NCBI GenBank assembly: GCA_016935525.1
Contig: JAFGQU010000004.1
Span: forward strand, 65,314-129,313
Reading direction: 5' to 3'
Length of the DNA: 64,000 nt
Source: Candidatus Omnitrophota bacterium
Lineage (GTDB): Bacteria > Omnitrophota > Gorgyraeia > Duberdicusellales > 4484-171
The translations under genes were made by a program, and so were the position numbers. Positions 19,492 to 29,177 of the stretch are shown here, one piece after another (the first letter of the stretch is position 1; each line of letters opens with the position of its first letter). The notes below the pieces were generated by a model. The model ran no database searches, was not told where the DNA came from, and was given only the letters and a program-made list of their open reading frames with translations.

Positions 19492-20229
19492 TCATACCCG
19501 CGCCAGCGCTTTTTCCGCTTCCCGTAACGCTTCTTTGCTGCCGATATCCAGCCATTCGCCGGTCAATGTGCTGCCGTAAACCGGTGATTTTTTAAGTACC
19601 CATTCGATATATTTGCCGGCGACATCAGACTGAGCCCCATTAGCAAGATATTCATGCAGATACCGCATCGATTGATAAGGGAAAAAGTATACGCAGGTAG
19701 CGACCAAGGTGGAGGAAGGTTTTTGCGGTTTTTCGATAAGTTCGATGATCCGCGATTTTTCATCAAGTTTGACCACACCGAACCGGGTTGCCTCCTCTTT
19801 TTTCTTCACGTCATAAAGAGCGATACAAGGGTGAGGCCGTACATGTAAGGAGAAATCGATGAAGTTAGTCAAGTCGTCTTCGAAAATATTGTCGCCCCCG
19901 ACGACCAGGCAATCTTCTCCTTCCTGCTTTAAAGCCAACTGGATCGCCTTAATCGCGCCTTTTCGGTCCTCAGGAGTATTTGACCCATCATTGACGATCT
20001 CTATATCAAACTGGTTTTTATTCCGCCATTTGAGAAAATGAGGATGGAAACGGTTATTCGATACCACACTCACCCCGGAAACCGGACAATAATTCTTCAG
20101 ATTATCTATTTTTTCTATAAGGTAATTGATGATCGGTTTATTATTCACCTCTAAAAGAGGTTTGGGAGTATTGACCGTGAGCGGATAAAGCCGGGTCCCA
20201 TACCCTGCCGCCAAAATCACTATGTTCAT
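19492..20229 (-). CDS. short-form sugar-1-phosphate nucleotidyltransferase (NDP-glucose pyrophosphorylase-like)
   Basis: N-terminal ILAAGYGTRLYPLT..PKPLL motif of the NTP_transferase family. At 245 aa it lacks the GlgC C-terminal left-handed beta-helix domain. Confidence 0.75.
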   Translation of the reverse strand: MNIVILAAGYGTRLYPLTVNTPKPLLEVNNKPIINYLIEKIDNLKNYCPVSGVSVVSNNRFHPHFLKWRNKNQFDIEIVNDGSNTPEDRKGAIKAIQLALKQEGEDCLVVGGDNIFEDDLTNFIDFSLHVRPHPCIALYDVKKKEEATRFGVVKLDEKSRIIELIEKPQKPSSTLVATCVYFFPYQSMRYLHEYLANGAQSDVAGKYIEWVLKKSPVYGSTLTGEWLDIGSKEALREAEKALARV

Positions 20230-20292
20230 GCCTTTACCCCCTCTCTTTCTGGGCTATTATAAAAGTTATTATACAATGTTTTTCCGTGTTTT

Positions 20293-21729
20293 TCATTTCA
20301 AAGATTCCTCGCCGCGCCGGCAGATCTCTTTGGCGTATTCAGTCCATACCCCCTGCCCCCAGTAACGGAAACAGCTGGTCTGGGACAACAGCAGGTAGAG
20401 TAACGCCTCTTTATATCTTTTATCGGCAGGATCGGGTTGTTTCTTGAACTTTTCATGAAAAGAAACGCTTAACGTATTGATCGGATCAAGGATATCTTCA
20501 TATCCTTTCACCCAGCTACGGTCATTGGTCCAGGATCCCCGGTCGAGATTGAAACTCGAGTCTTTCTGGTGAATTTTCTCGATCGCACGATCCGCCGCGC
20601 CGGGCGAGAATGTGGAAACTTCCTGCCAGATCCGATGCTGCGATATCGGTTGTATCGCGTCAAACGCATCTTCTTGTATCCCCTGCCCTTTGACATATTC
20701 AAGATATTCCGAGCCGTTCATCGCGACTACGCCTTCAGTTGAGATTTCACCGAACGCCTGTTTGAACCCGGCGGGAAACTCGTTCATCATTACTCCCCCG
20801 TTTTCTCCATCGCCGATCTGAAGCACAAACGGACAGATCGTCTTTTTTCCGTACTCTCGAGGATGTAAGCCTTTGGCTTCATAATAGGGTTGCATCTGGG
20901 CAACGAGTTTAGTATCCGACCCTTGAGTCTTGATCAAAGCGGTGATCTCGGCAACTTCATTTTTTGAATTTTTCGCGATCAACCGGTGAGGGAAATGAGG
21001 GTTACGGATGCCGGAACCGTCAAGATTCTCTACGGTATGTTCCTGGACCATAAGCCACTGGTATCCGCATTCTTTTAACGCTTTGATGTATTCATAACAT
21101 ACATCCGGATGTATGGGCAGATGCATTTCCGGTGGAGAAAAACCTTTTACTCTTCTTAACGCGTCCATTCCGAAAAGAGAAGCAAAATGGTGCCGCCAGG
21201 CGAGCATATGCAGTTTAAGATCGCACACCGGAGTGGAACTTGCCACCGCATGCGACCACATCGTACCCAGCCATTCCGCGTAACGATAATACTTCTTATC
21301 GCAGGTGATCTTTTTCAGATTCTCGATCACCTGAGTCTGGCCCATCTGAGGAAGGCCCCAAAACAAGTTGCCCGAATAATCAAGCATCACCCGGGGATTT
21401 TTCCCCTCCGAGACTAATTCACGTATGAAATCGGATATCCGGCTATAACACCATAAGAATACCGAAGCATTATGATTATCACCCATATCCTGATGTTCCA
21501 TCATATGCTGAAGGTTAGAGATAAGGCCGGCGCCTCTTATATCATCGGTGGATGCGGGAATAGTCGGCTGATGCATATGCAGAGCGACCCCGAAAGACGC
21601 CCGGACCCGGTCAAAATGAAGATTGGAAGTGTCCCGATAATCGTTCTTCACGGAAGACTGCAGCTCTTTTTCTGAATAAGTACCCCAGATATCAGGAAAC
21701 TGAGTAACACGAGGAATAGTCGTTTTCAT
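20293..21729 (-). CDS. glycoside hydrolase family 57 protein (AmyC-like, about 480 aa)
   Basis: Region I ALHMHQP, region III GFSPPEM, region IV GDGENGG. Start placed at MKTTIPR, which gives an ATGA overlap with the upstream branching-enzyme stop. The ORF as reported extends to 21858. Confidence 0.7.
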   Translation of the reverse strand: MKTTIPRVTQFPDIWGTYSEKELQSSVKNDYRDTSNLHFDRVRASFGVALHMHQPTIPASTDDIRGAGLISNLQHMMEHQDMGDNHNASVFLWCYSRISDFIRELVSEGKNPRVMLDYSGNLFWGLPQMGQTQVIENLKKITCDKKYYRYAEWLGTMWSHAVASSTPVCDLKLHMLAWRHHFASLFGMDALRRVKGFSPPEMHLPIHPDVCYEYIKALKECGYQWLMVQEHTVENLDGSGIRNPHFPHRLIAKNSKNEVAEITALIKTQGSDTKLVAQMQPYYEAKGLHPREYGKKTICPFVLQIGDGENGGVMMNEFPAGFKQAFGEISTEGVVAMNGSEYLEYVKGQGIQEDAFDAIQPISQHRIWQEVSTFSPGAADRAIEKIHQKDSSFNLDRGSWTNDRSWVKGYEDILDPINTLSVSFHEKFKKQPDPADKRYKEALLYLLLSQTSCFRYWGQGVWTEYAKEICRRGEESLK

Positions 21730-23444
21730 TTCTTTTTCCTTTTTTTTATAACGGTTTTTTTCAGCTTTACCGCCGGATGAGATGCCGGTTTTTTCTTTTT
21801 TCCGGTACGCGCGGGGTTTATTCTCCCGATTTTTCTGTCCAGATAATACCGGGCACAATCGATATGAGAAAAGATATTATCCCGCCACTCGACTTCACGC
21901 AGCCAATCCTCATCGAGAGTACCGCTGGTGATCAGAGACTCATAAATATGATGAAAACGGTTAATATGGGTTTTCACCCGTTTATGCGCGTAAGGGACCA
22001 TCGTCCCGGTCTTCATGATGAACGGCCAGTCACTCGATTCGGCAAGCAGCAATTCGCGTGCGGCCTGATTAAGCGCGCGACGCACAATACTTTTTTTAGA
22101 CCCGCTGGCCAGGTGAGACGAAAATTTCTCAATAAGTTCAGCCATACAACGGGCAGCTTGATGAAGATAAGGATATACCCAGTCGTTACTTCCTTCAAGC
22201 CAGAATTCGCTATACCCTTTATATCCCCAGGTCGAAAACGAAGGTAACGACATCTGATTAGTAGGATATTCGCTCAGGTATTCCGAAGGGGTGATCAATG
22301 TTACTGTCTGCTGGTCGTAGGCGATCTTTCTTATCAGAAAATCAATCCATAACGGCCCCTCAAACCACCAGTGGCCGAATAATTCAGCATCGTAAGGAGC
22401 AAGAATGATCGGTTTACGGTCCATATGATAGCTGAGATGTTCTATCTGTTTTTCCCGGTTATACATGAAATTACCGGCATGATTTGCCGCTTTTTCTTTC
22501 GCCCAGTCCGGCCGGTACGCTTCTTTATAGTCGGTATTGCCGGTAATACGCCAATACTTCATACCGGTATTGACCCGGAATCCCTCAGGATGGATATACG
22601 GTTTAATGTAATTATATTCCAGCTCATGCCCGATATCGCGATAATACTCCCGGTAATCCGGGTCGCCGGGATACCCTTCTTTCGAACTCCATACCTGTTT
22701 AGAAGATTCCCAATCGCGGCCGAACGCGGCGACTCCCGAAGGACAATAAATGGGAGCATACACGCTGTAACGGGGAACGGGATCGGCATTGATGATCCCG
22801 TGCGAATCGACAATGAAATAACGGATACCCGCTTCTTTCAGGACTTCATCCACCCCGGGATAATATCCGCATTCGGGAAGCCAGAATCCCCGCGGGGCTC
22901 GGCCGAAAGTCTTTTTATAATGTTCTACTCCCACTCGAACCTGAGCCCGTACACTTTCGGGATTCACGCTTAAATTGGGTAAAAAACCGTGCGTCGCGCA
23001 CGATCCGATGATCTCAACTACTCCCAGATCCTGAAATTTTTTGAATGCCGAGACCAGGTCACGATGATACCGGTCAAGAAAGATCTCTTTCGTCTCTTTG
23101 AACCGACGATTATACATAAGTGCCAGTCCGTGATAGTGAGGGTCGAAGCCGGTACGTTCGACTTCTTTTTCCGAAAGTTCTATCAATTTATTGATGTGCC
23201 GGACAAACCGGTTTTGCAGGAGGCCGTCGCGTAACATCGAAACGAGCGGCGGAGTAAAGGACATGGTCATACGGAACGGGACGCCGTCTTCGACGAGACG
23301 GTCAAATATCCGGATCAACGGAATATAGGTCTCGGTAATCGCTTCGAAAAGCCAGTTTTCTTCAAGAAAATATTCTTCTTCCGGGTGCCGGACAAACGGG
23401 AGGTGAGTATGAAGCAATAGGCATAAATATCCTTTTGACGTCAT
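21726..23444 (-). CDS. GH57-type 1,4-alpha-glucan branching enzyme
   Basis: LHTHLP (the HxHLP variant typical of GH57 branching enzymes), GFWLPECGYYPG, PYDAELFGHWWFEGP. About 570 aa with a Lys-rich C-terminal tail. Confidence 0.75.
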   Translation of the reverse strand: MTSKGYLCLLLHTHLPFVRHPEEEYFLEENWLFEAITETYIPLIRIFDRLVEDGVPFRMTMSFTPPLVSMLRDGLLQNRFVRHINKLIELSEKEVERTGFDPHYHGLALMYNRRFKETKEIFLDRYHRDLVSAFKKFQDLGVVEIIGSCATHGFLPNLSVNPESVRAQVRVGVEHYKKTFGRAPRGFWLPECGYYPGVDEVLKEAGIRYFIVDSHGIINADPVPRYSVYAPIYCPSGVAAFGRDWESSKQVWSSKEGYPGDPDYREYYRDIGHELEYNYIKPYIHPEGFRVNTGMKYWRITGNTDYKEAYRPDWAKEKAANHAGNFMYNREKQIEHLSYHMDRKPIILAPYDAELFGHWWFEGPLWIDFLIRKIAYDQQTVTLITPSEYLSEYPTNQMSLPSFSTWGYKGYSEFWLEGSNDWVYPYLHQAARCMAELIEKFSSHLASGSKKSIVRRALNQAARELLLAESSDWPFIMKTGTMVPYAHKRVKTHINRFHHIYESLITSGTLDEDWLREVEWRDNIFSHIDCARYYLDRKIGRINPARTGKKKKPASHPAVKLKKTVIKKRKKK

Positions 23445-23461
23445 CGAACTTTTTTAGATTT

Positions 23462-24601
23462 TTACGAACTGTATCGGGTTTTGTTGCGCCGTACCGAAGT
23501 AGTAATACCACGTTTCTCTATCTTATCTTGAGATTGTGCAACAAAATCAAGAGGAATATACCCGGCATCCGGCAACCCAAAACGGAGGGTAAACGTCCCG
23601 TCGGGACGTAACTTGATATTTTTATCACCCAGCCATACCGTCGCGTCCGGTTCGGTACGGCCGTATACAATCAGTTCAGTCCCGATCTCAAAGAAAAATT
23701 TTCTCACCGGAGACGGTTGATGACTCGCGCCTGAAGAAAGAGTTTCACTGGCGCCGCCTTTTTCAACCATCTCGGCAGAAGATCCCAGAAGGACCTTTCT
23801 TAAGAAATCGCTTCGCGATAATCCCTGGATCAACAGATCGTCAAGGACCACTTTCCCGTCCTGAAGGACTACCTGGTGCTCTTCACGATTCTCACGGGCA
23901 AGCCGCATCGCCACGATCCGCTGCAGGAGCGGAAAAAGACGGGAATAATACGCACGGATATCCGCTTCGGTAAGAAAAATACGGTCACGAAACCGCCGGC
24001 CGTGAGGAGTTACTCCTCCTTCAGTCTGTTTTTTTACGTTTTCGACCAGCACATATGGCTGTGTTTCCAGATCATCTTTTACTTCCATCCAGATCATTTC
24101 TGACCGGCCGGAAGACCCCTGACGGGGAGTAGAGACAAAATTGGAACGGGCAAGCCTCATGAATGTACCGTCGGGAGTACGTAACCCTACATCGGCGCAA
24201 TACGCCGTGTTATCCGACCAGGAATCGATATACCAATTGTGGGTAAACGGCCCGACATCAATATCGAACGCGCGGTTAGGCTGGTCTCCCTTTTTAAAAT
24301 CTTTATAGGTCACATCATATACCCGGACCGTCTGAGTAGACTGTTTAAAAGTCTCCTCTCCCAGATTGTGTTTAGCTTCTTCTAATTTTTCCGGAGCCAC
24401 ATTCCAGTAAGCATGGACCCAATGGGGATCCCGGGCCATAAGCGTAATGTTAGTATTGTTCTGTTGAGCAGGAAGATCCTGATTGTCGACCGAAACCGGT
24501 TTTGTCAATGTAGGCGGCCGTACCGGAACATATTCCGGAGATCTTGAGGGAATACTGGATGCGGCATTTGTTTGAGTTTTATTATTTTGTGAACGTGCCA
24601 C
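23462..24601 (-). CDS. DUF4912-domain protein
   Basis: DPHWVHAYWNV signature near the N-terminus. This family is commonly adjacent to GH57/glycogen genes. Confidence 0.5.
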   Translation of the reverse strand: MARSQNNKTQTNAASSIPSRSPEYVPVRPPTLTKPVSVDNQDLPAQQNNTNITLMARDPHWVHAYWNVAPEKLEEAKHNLGEETFKQSTQTVRVYDVTYKDFKKGDQPNRAFDIDVGPFTHNWYIDSWSDNTAYCADVGLRTPDGTFMRLARSNFVSTPRQGSSGRSEMIWMEVKDDLETQPYVLVENVKKQTEGGVTPHGRRFRDRIFLTEADIRAYYSRLFPLLQRIVAMRLARENREEHQVVLQDGKVVLDDLLIQGLSRSDFLRKVLLGSSAEMVEKGGASETLSSGASHQPSPVRKFFFEIGTELIVYGRTEPDATVWLGDKNIKLRPDGTFTLRFGLPDAGYIPLDFVAQSQDKIEKRGITTSVRRNKTRYSS

Positions 24602-24613
24602 TTAAATCCCCTT

Positions 24614-25774
24614 TTAACTATTATACACAATCAATGCCTGATCAGCTATTGTATCCCAGGAAAAAACCGTCTCAACCGCAACTCGCCCGTTACGCCCCAT
24701 CCATCGGCCATATTCAAAATCAGAGAACAACGTGCCTAACCCCCAGGCAATAGAATCGGGATGGATATAAGTTTTAAGACCGTTCACTTCATGCCAGATG
24801 ATCTCAGACGGCCCGCCTGAGTCACACGCGACGACCGGTTTACCCGAACTCCAGGCTTCAAGTAATACTATGCCAAACGGTTCGTTTCGACTGGGCACAC
24901 ATACACAGTCGCAGGCTTTATAAAGGTCCGCCAGACGCCACCCGTTGAGGAATCCGGGAAACCGGGTAGCATGACTCACCCCTAATTGTCCGGCCCTCTC
25001 TTCAACACTCCTGCGCATCTCACCGTCCCCGACAAACACGAATTTCGCATGGGGATAATATTTCAATATATGGGGGATCGCTTCGATCAACAGATCCGGC
25101 CCTTTTTGATATACGATCCTTCCCACGAAAAGGACCATCGGATCCATCGGGCCGATCCCGTACATAGTGCGCACTGCCGCCGGATCAATCCACCCGTCAT
25201 AATTCCAATAACTGATCCCGTTATAGATCACATCGATCTTTCCGTCGGGAACGTGATACATCCACTGTGCTTCATTTTTGAGAGATTTTGATACCGCGAT
25301 CACCCGGTCGGCACAGTAAGTGCCCAACCATTCGTGATGACGTATCCGTTCGGAGTTGCCGTTAAAAAAGTTATTCCCGCACCTCCCGTATTCGGTAGAA
25401 TGGAGGGTAAACACCCCTTTATGCCCTCTCCCCTTTTTTATCCAATCAAGCGCATTGGCGGTCAACCAGTCGTGAGCGTGGACAATATCAAACCGTCCGA
25501 TATGATTTTCGGTCTGAAAAAAAGCGTCAACGAAAGAACGGCACATATTGTTGGTTTCTTCAATGAAATCGGAATGGAAAGAATAAGGGCACCGATGATA
25601 GTGGACGCCGTGGATACATTCATACCACGGTTGGCCGGGGTCACCGACCCGGGTGAACACATGGATCTCATGCCCTTTACGGGCAAGAGCCGCGGCGAGC
25701 TCGGTAATATGAAACGCGATGCCTCCAACAGTGATGGAATGCAGGGATTCCCACGCAAAAAGAGCTACTTTCAT
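24614..25774 (-). CDS. glgA: glycogen-synthase-like GT-B glycosyltransferase (GT4/GT5)
   Basis: N-terminal KVALFAWESLHSITVGGIAFHITELA, which resembles archaeal-type glycogen synthases. C-terminal LEAWSSGKPVVACDSGG. Confidence 0.7.
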   Translation of the reverse strand: MKVALFAWESLHSITVGGIAFHITELAAALARKGHEIHVFTRVGDPGQPWYECIHGVHYHRCPYSFHSDFIEETNNMCRSFVDAFFQTENHIGRFDIVHAHDWLTANALDWIKKGRGHKGVFTLHSTEYGRCGNNFFNGNSERIRHHEWLGTYCADRVIAVSKSLKNEAQWMYHVPDGKIDVIYNGISYWNYDGWIDPAAVRTMYGIGPMDPMVLFVGRIVYQKGPDLLIEAIPHILKYYPHAKFVFVGDGEMRRSVEERAGQLGVSHATRFPGFLNGWRLADLYKACDCVCVPSRNEPFGIVLLEAWSSGKPVVACDSGGPSEIIWHEVNGLKTYIHPDSIAWGLGTLFSDFEYGRWMGRNGRVAVETVFSWDTIADQALIVYNS

Positions 25775-26083
25775 TTATGCACCCACTTCAAGAACCGAGT
25801 TGATTGTCCCGAAAGAATTTTTTGAAGTATTGGAATTGATCGGATCAGTCCACCACTGACCGTCTACGATAAATTTATATTCATACCGGCCGGGATTAAG
25901 GGTCATACCGATACTCCATACTCCGTTACGGTCCTTTTTCATTTTCGTGCCATTGGTGTTCCACGAATTAAAATCACCGGTTAGAGCGACTTTTTTGGCA
26001 TCAGGAGCGGTTAACTGAAAATCGACTTTCTTCCCGGCGCTCTTTTTAGCGACACTCGGTTTCAGGACTTTGGTAATTTTCAT
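25775..26083 (-). CDS. CBM48 / AMPK-beta-like glycogen-binding domain protein
   Basis: FQLTAPDAKKVALTGDFNSWNTNGTKMKKDRNGVWSIGMTLNPGRYEYKFIVDGQWWTDP matches the CBM48 fold signature. Start placed at MKITKV, which has an AAGGGGG RBS upstream. The ORF as reported extends to 26143. Confidence 0.6.
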   Translation of the reverse strand: MKITKVLKPSVAKKSAGKKVDFQLTAPDAKKVALTGDFNSWNTNGTKMKKDRNGVWSIGMTLNPGRYEYKFIVDGQWWTDPINSNTSKNSFGTINSVLEVGA

Positions 26084-26667
26084 ATTTGCCCCCTTTCTCT
26101 TGGTTTGGGTTATTTTCTTTTGCACCGAACTTTTGTTTCTCATTCTTACCCCCTTTTTTCTATTGTGCTCCCGGGCATACCTGTAGGATGCAATGAAAAT
26201 TCGTTATTGAAAAGATAATGGAAATGACTCCGGAACTTCCCTTTTATATAAAGACATCCCTGTCCATTCTGCTGGCAGGTATCAATCAGGAGATTATATT
26301 ATGTTATTAATTAAAGTTTTAGTCAATTATTTTTTTAAATAACTTATTATCCCTCTCGGCCGCCTGACGGACGAGAAGCATCCGTCCATCGAAAAAAGCT
26401 TTAAAATGAAGGGGTATTCTCCTCAGGGAACGCTTTTTGCCGGGAGAACCTCGGAAGCGGCCCGATGAAAAATCCCGGATCCGGTTCACCGAAAAACACC
26501 GGATTTTCTTCGGGAGCTTTTCCCGGCCGGGAGGCATCTCCTCTCGCCGGATAAAAAGACAGGGTATCTGATTATAATAAAAAGGCCCCTCAGAGGACGT
26601 ATTTGCGAACCCTTCACGCTCACGAAAAATACCCCTATTCATAAGAAAAATGACTACGGTTTTTTTG

Positions 26668-27096
26668 TTATAAATCAATCTGCTGTTTTCGGGAAAGGGA
26701 AAAATATCCTATACACTTTTCTTTGCGGTTCACTACATAGCGGAATTGGCCAAGATACAGGCTGTTTTTCTGGAGACATTTGATATAATCCCTTATCGGC
26801 CGCCAGAAAAAAGGATTTTCTTTCCGGTCGTAATCGATGAGGAGCGCGTCATGGGAATCTTGGGTGTACCGCAGGTCAAAATATCCCCAACGCCATCCGG
26901 AAAACATCAGGTTATACCCATACCCTTTACCTTCTTTACCATAAAAGACCTTACGATGATTACACCAGCTGAAATCAGGGAACCCGGTCAATATGTTTAC
27001 CCGATATTCTCCGTACAACTCTTCTAAAACCGGCTTTCGGGCAGCAGAGAAAAGTTCGTCAAGAGATTTGAAACTACGAGGCAATTGACCGGTCAT
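26668..27096 (-). CDS. hypothetical protein (possibly GXWXG/DUF4334-like)
   Basis: Intact ORF. Carries an SGWRWGYFDL segment. No confident motif. Confidence 0.35.
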   Translation of the reverse strand: MTGQLPRSFKSLDELFSAARKPVLEELYGEYRVNILTGFPDFSWCNHRKVFYGKEGKGYGYNLMFSGWRWGYFDLRYTQDSHDALLIDYDRKENPFFWRPIRDYIKCLQKNSLYLGQFRYVVNRKEKCIGYFSLSRKQQIDL

Positions 27097-27099
27097 TTT

Positions 27100-27675
27100 T
27101 TAAAAAATTTCCCTCCCGACTTTACTTAATAATTTCGCCAGATGAGCCAGAGGTAATCCCACCACGTTATAATAGCATCCTTCAATACGGTCAATAAATA
27201 CCGCGCCTAATCCCTGGATAGCAAACCCTCCGGCTTTATCAAAAGGAGAGACTTTTTCAAAATATCTTTTTATCTGCGTATCGGTCAAAGGATACATATA
27301 GATCTTCGTTTTCTCATAGCCGGTGAAACACCGGTTACGCCAGACATCCAGGACCGCGATCCCGGTATATACCCAGTGGGGATTGCGGGAAAGTTTTTTT
27401 AAAGTTCTTACCGCCGCCGCGAACGTCTTCGGTTTTCCGATGATCTTTTTTGAAACGACCACTACCGTGTCGGCGGCGATTATGATGCCGCGGTCAAGCC
27501 GGCCGGCTACGGACATGGCTTTGCTTTGCGCGTTCTTTATCACCAACTGACGGTAAGAACGGTATCCCCGTGAACGCTCGACGCTGTCGGAGACGATCAC
27601 TTGGAACTTTAAGCCGAGCTGAGCGAGTAGCTTTTTCCTCGCCGGCGACCGGGAAGCAAGAATAAGCGGCTGCAT
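27100..27675 (-). CDS. maf: Maf-like nucleoside triphosphate pyrophosphatase
   Basis: N-terminal LILASRSPARKKLL. Family-typical length of 191 aa. Confidence 0.85.
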   Translation of the reverse strand: MQPLILASRSPARKKLLAQLGLKFQVIVSDSVERSRGYRSYRQLVIKNAQSKAMSVAGRLDRGIIIAADTVVVVSKKIIGKPKTFAAAVRTLKKLSRNPHWVYTGIAVLDVWRNRCFTGYEKTKIYMYPLTDTQIKRYFEKVSPFDKAGGFAIQGLGAVFIDRIEGCYYNVVGLPLAHLAKLLSKVGREIF

Positions 27676-27689
27676 ACAGAGGGTATTGG

Positions 27690-28007
27690 TTACGCTTTCT
27701 TTTTCAACTTATCGATCTGGATATTGATCGCTTTGATCTCATTCAGCAGGATGTGTTCTTTTTTTACATCCACATCTTTAGATTCGGAAAGGTACGCGAC
27801 GGTTTTGCCCAATTCATAATAAAGTTTTTCTCTTTGTAACGTAAGGCTCAATACGTCCAGATTACTCTTGCCTTTACCGGACATGTCTTTGAGGTACTTC
27901 TCTCCTTTTTTCATCATCCCGTCGGCTTCTTTCATTACCTTATCGATATCTTTTTTCGTTTTCTTCCACAGTGTATCCATTTTTTCTTTCATATCCCCTT
28001 TTGCCAT
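27690..28007 (-). CDS. hypothetical Lys-rich coiled-coil protein
   Basis: Lys/Glu-rich heptad-like sequence. No domain assigned. Confidence 0.35.
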   Translation of the reverse strand: MAKGDMKEKMDTLWKKTKKDIDKVMKEADGMMKKGEKYLKDMSGKGKSNLDVLSLTLQREKLYYELGKTVAYLSESKDVDVKKEHILLNEIKAINIQIDKLKKKA

Positions 28008-28067
28008 AGATTATACCTCCATTTTTTAACGCCGGCCTGTATATTCGACTCTCTTTTTTACCTATCG

Positions 28068-28736
28068 TTACTTTTTAGTACAAATAAATATAAAATGGTT
28101 GGAAAAATAATAAGGAATAAACAGATTACGCAACCAGGTGAGCAGCGGTTTATTGAACTTATTATGGTGTGATACCCTGAGCACAGTCAACCCGGCTTCT
28201 TCGATAAACTGTTTCCATCGCGCAAAAGAGTAGAGCGCTTCGATCTCCTGGTGACGTACCGGCCCGGCGCCTTTACGTAATGTATCCCAGATGAATTTGT
28301 AATAATAAATATTCGGAACCATGATGACCGCCTGGCCTTGCGGCTTTATCACCCGACACATCTCACTGAGGATAGAGGGAATCGAAGGGAAATGTTCCAC
28401 GATCCCCAGCGCCGTCACATAATCGAAGATATTGTCGCCAAACGGGAGGGGATCGGCATTGGCGCAGAGGATCTGTTGCGGATTACTCACCCTCTTTCGG
28501 GCGATCTCGGTAGCATTTTCGGAAAGATCGATGCCCCACAGGTCTATGCCGTTGCCCTCAAGCCCCATAAGATAGGCTCCGGTACCGCAACCGATATCCA
28601 ATAGTTTTTCTCCTTTTTGAGGAGAGATCAATCGTTTGAAAAACTCGATTTCCCGTGATTTTACCGGATGCAGTTTAAATACATCTGCTACTGATTCGGA
28701 ATTGCCATAATACGAACGGTCGTAAAAGCTGCTCAT
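28068..28736 (-). CDS. class I SAM-dependent methyltransferase
   Basis: Motif I LLDIGCGTGAY. Post-I acidic residue. Confidence 0.75.
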   Translation of the reverse strand: MSSFYDRSYYGNSESVADVFKLHPVKSREIEFFKRLISPQKGEKLLDIGCGTGAYLMGLEGNGIDLWGIDLSENATEIARKRVSNPQQILCANADPLPFGDNIFDYVTALGIVEHFPSIPSILSEMCRVIKPQGQAVIMVPNIYYYKFIWDTLRKGAGPVRHQEIEALYSFARWKQFIEEAGLTVLRVSHHNKFNKPLLTWLRNLFIPYYFSNHFIFICTKK

Positions 28737-28784
28737 TGTTTCACCAAAAATCCTATCATATTTTTTGTAGTATTCTTTTAAAAA

Positions 28785-29177
28785 TCACTTTTGATCCATA
28801 CTTAAATTCCCGCCGCCGAAAAGCAATAATGTAAACAGGCTCATTAAAATGACCAATACATACTCGTATCCCCCGTCGGCGAGAAAAAACCCATGGATCA
28901 GATGGACCTTCGCCATAGCGATTAACATCACTCCCGTCAAGAGTAACGCGCTCAACCGGGTGAACAGGCCCAGGATAAGAAAAATCCCGCCGATAAATTC
29001 TACATAGGCAACGACAAATGCCAATGGCCCGGCCATCGGAAACCCTAAATCCGTCAGCATTTTAGTGAATCCGGCAATCCCGGGTCCGTCAAACATTCCA
29101 AACGCCTTCTGTAAACCATGCAGAATAAATATCGTACCTAACCCTAATCTGATCGGAAATACCGCCCATTCTTTCAC
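28785..29177 (-). CDS. DoxX-family membrane protein
   Basis: 130 aa, 4 TM, with the DoxX-like helix pattern. Has a 4-nt start/stop overlap with the upstream oxidoreductase. Confidence 0.65.
   Translation of the reverse strand: MKEWAVFPIRLGLGTIFILHGLQKAFGMFDGPGIAGFTKMLTDLGFPMAGPLAFVVAYVEFIGGIFLILGLFTRLSALLLTGVMLIAMAKVHLIHGFFLADGGYEYVLVILMSLFTLLLFGGGNLSMDQK

Noticed and set aside
20293-21858. N-terminal 43-aa Lys/Arg-rich extension of the GH57 ORF, and similar extensions on the glgP, pstB, pstC, porin, UbiA and REC-GGDEF ORFs
   Set aside because: Internal Met codons give family-typical lengths and RBS/overlap geometry. The extensions overlap upstream genes. They are treated as over-extended ORF calls.
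26319-26678. 119-aa minus-strand ORF in the glycogen-operon leader
   Set aside because: Arg/Pro-rich and of low complexity. It is read through GC-rich palindromes and overlaps the stop of the neighbouring gene. It is more likely non-coding leader DNA.
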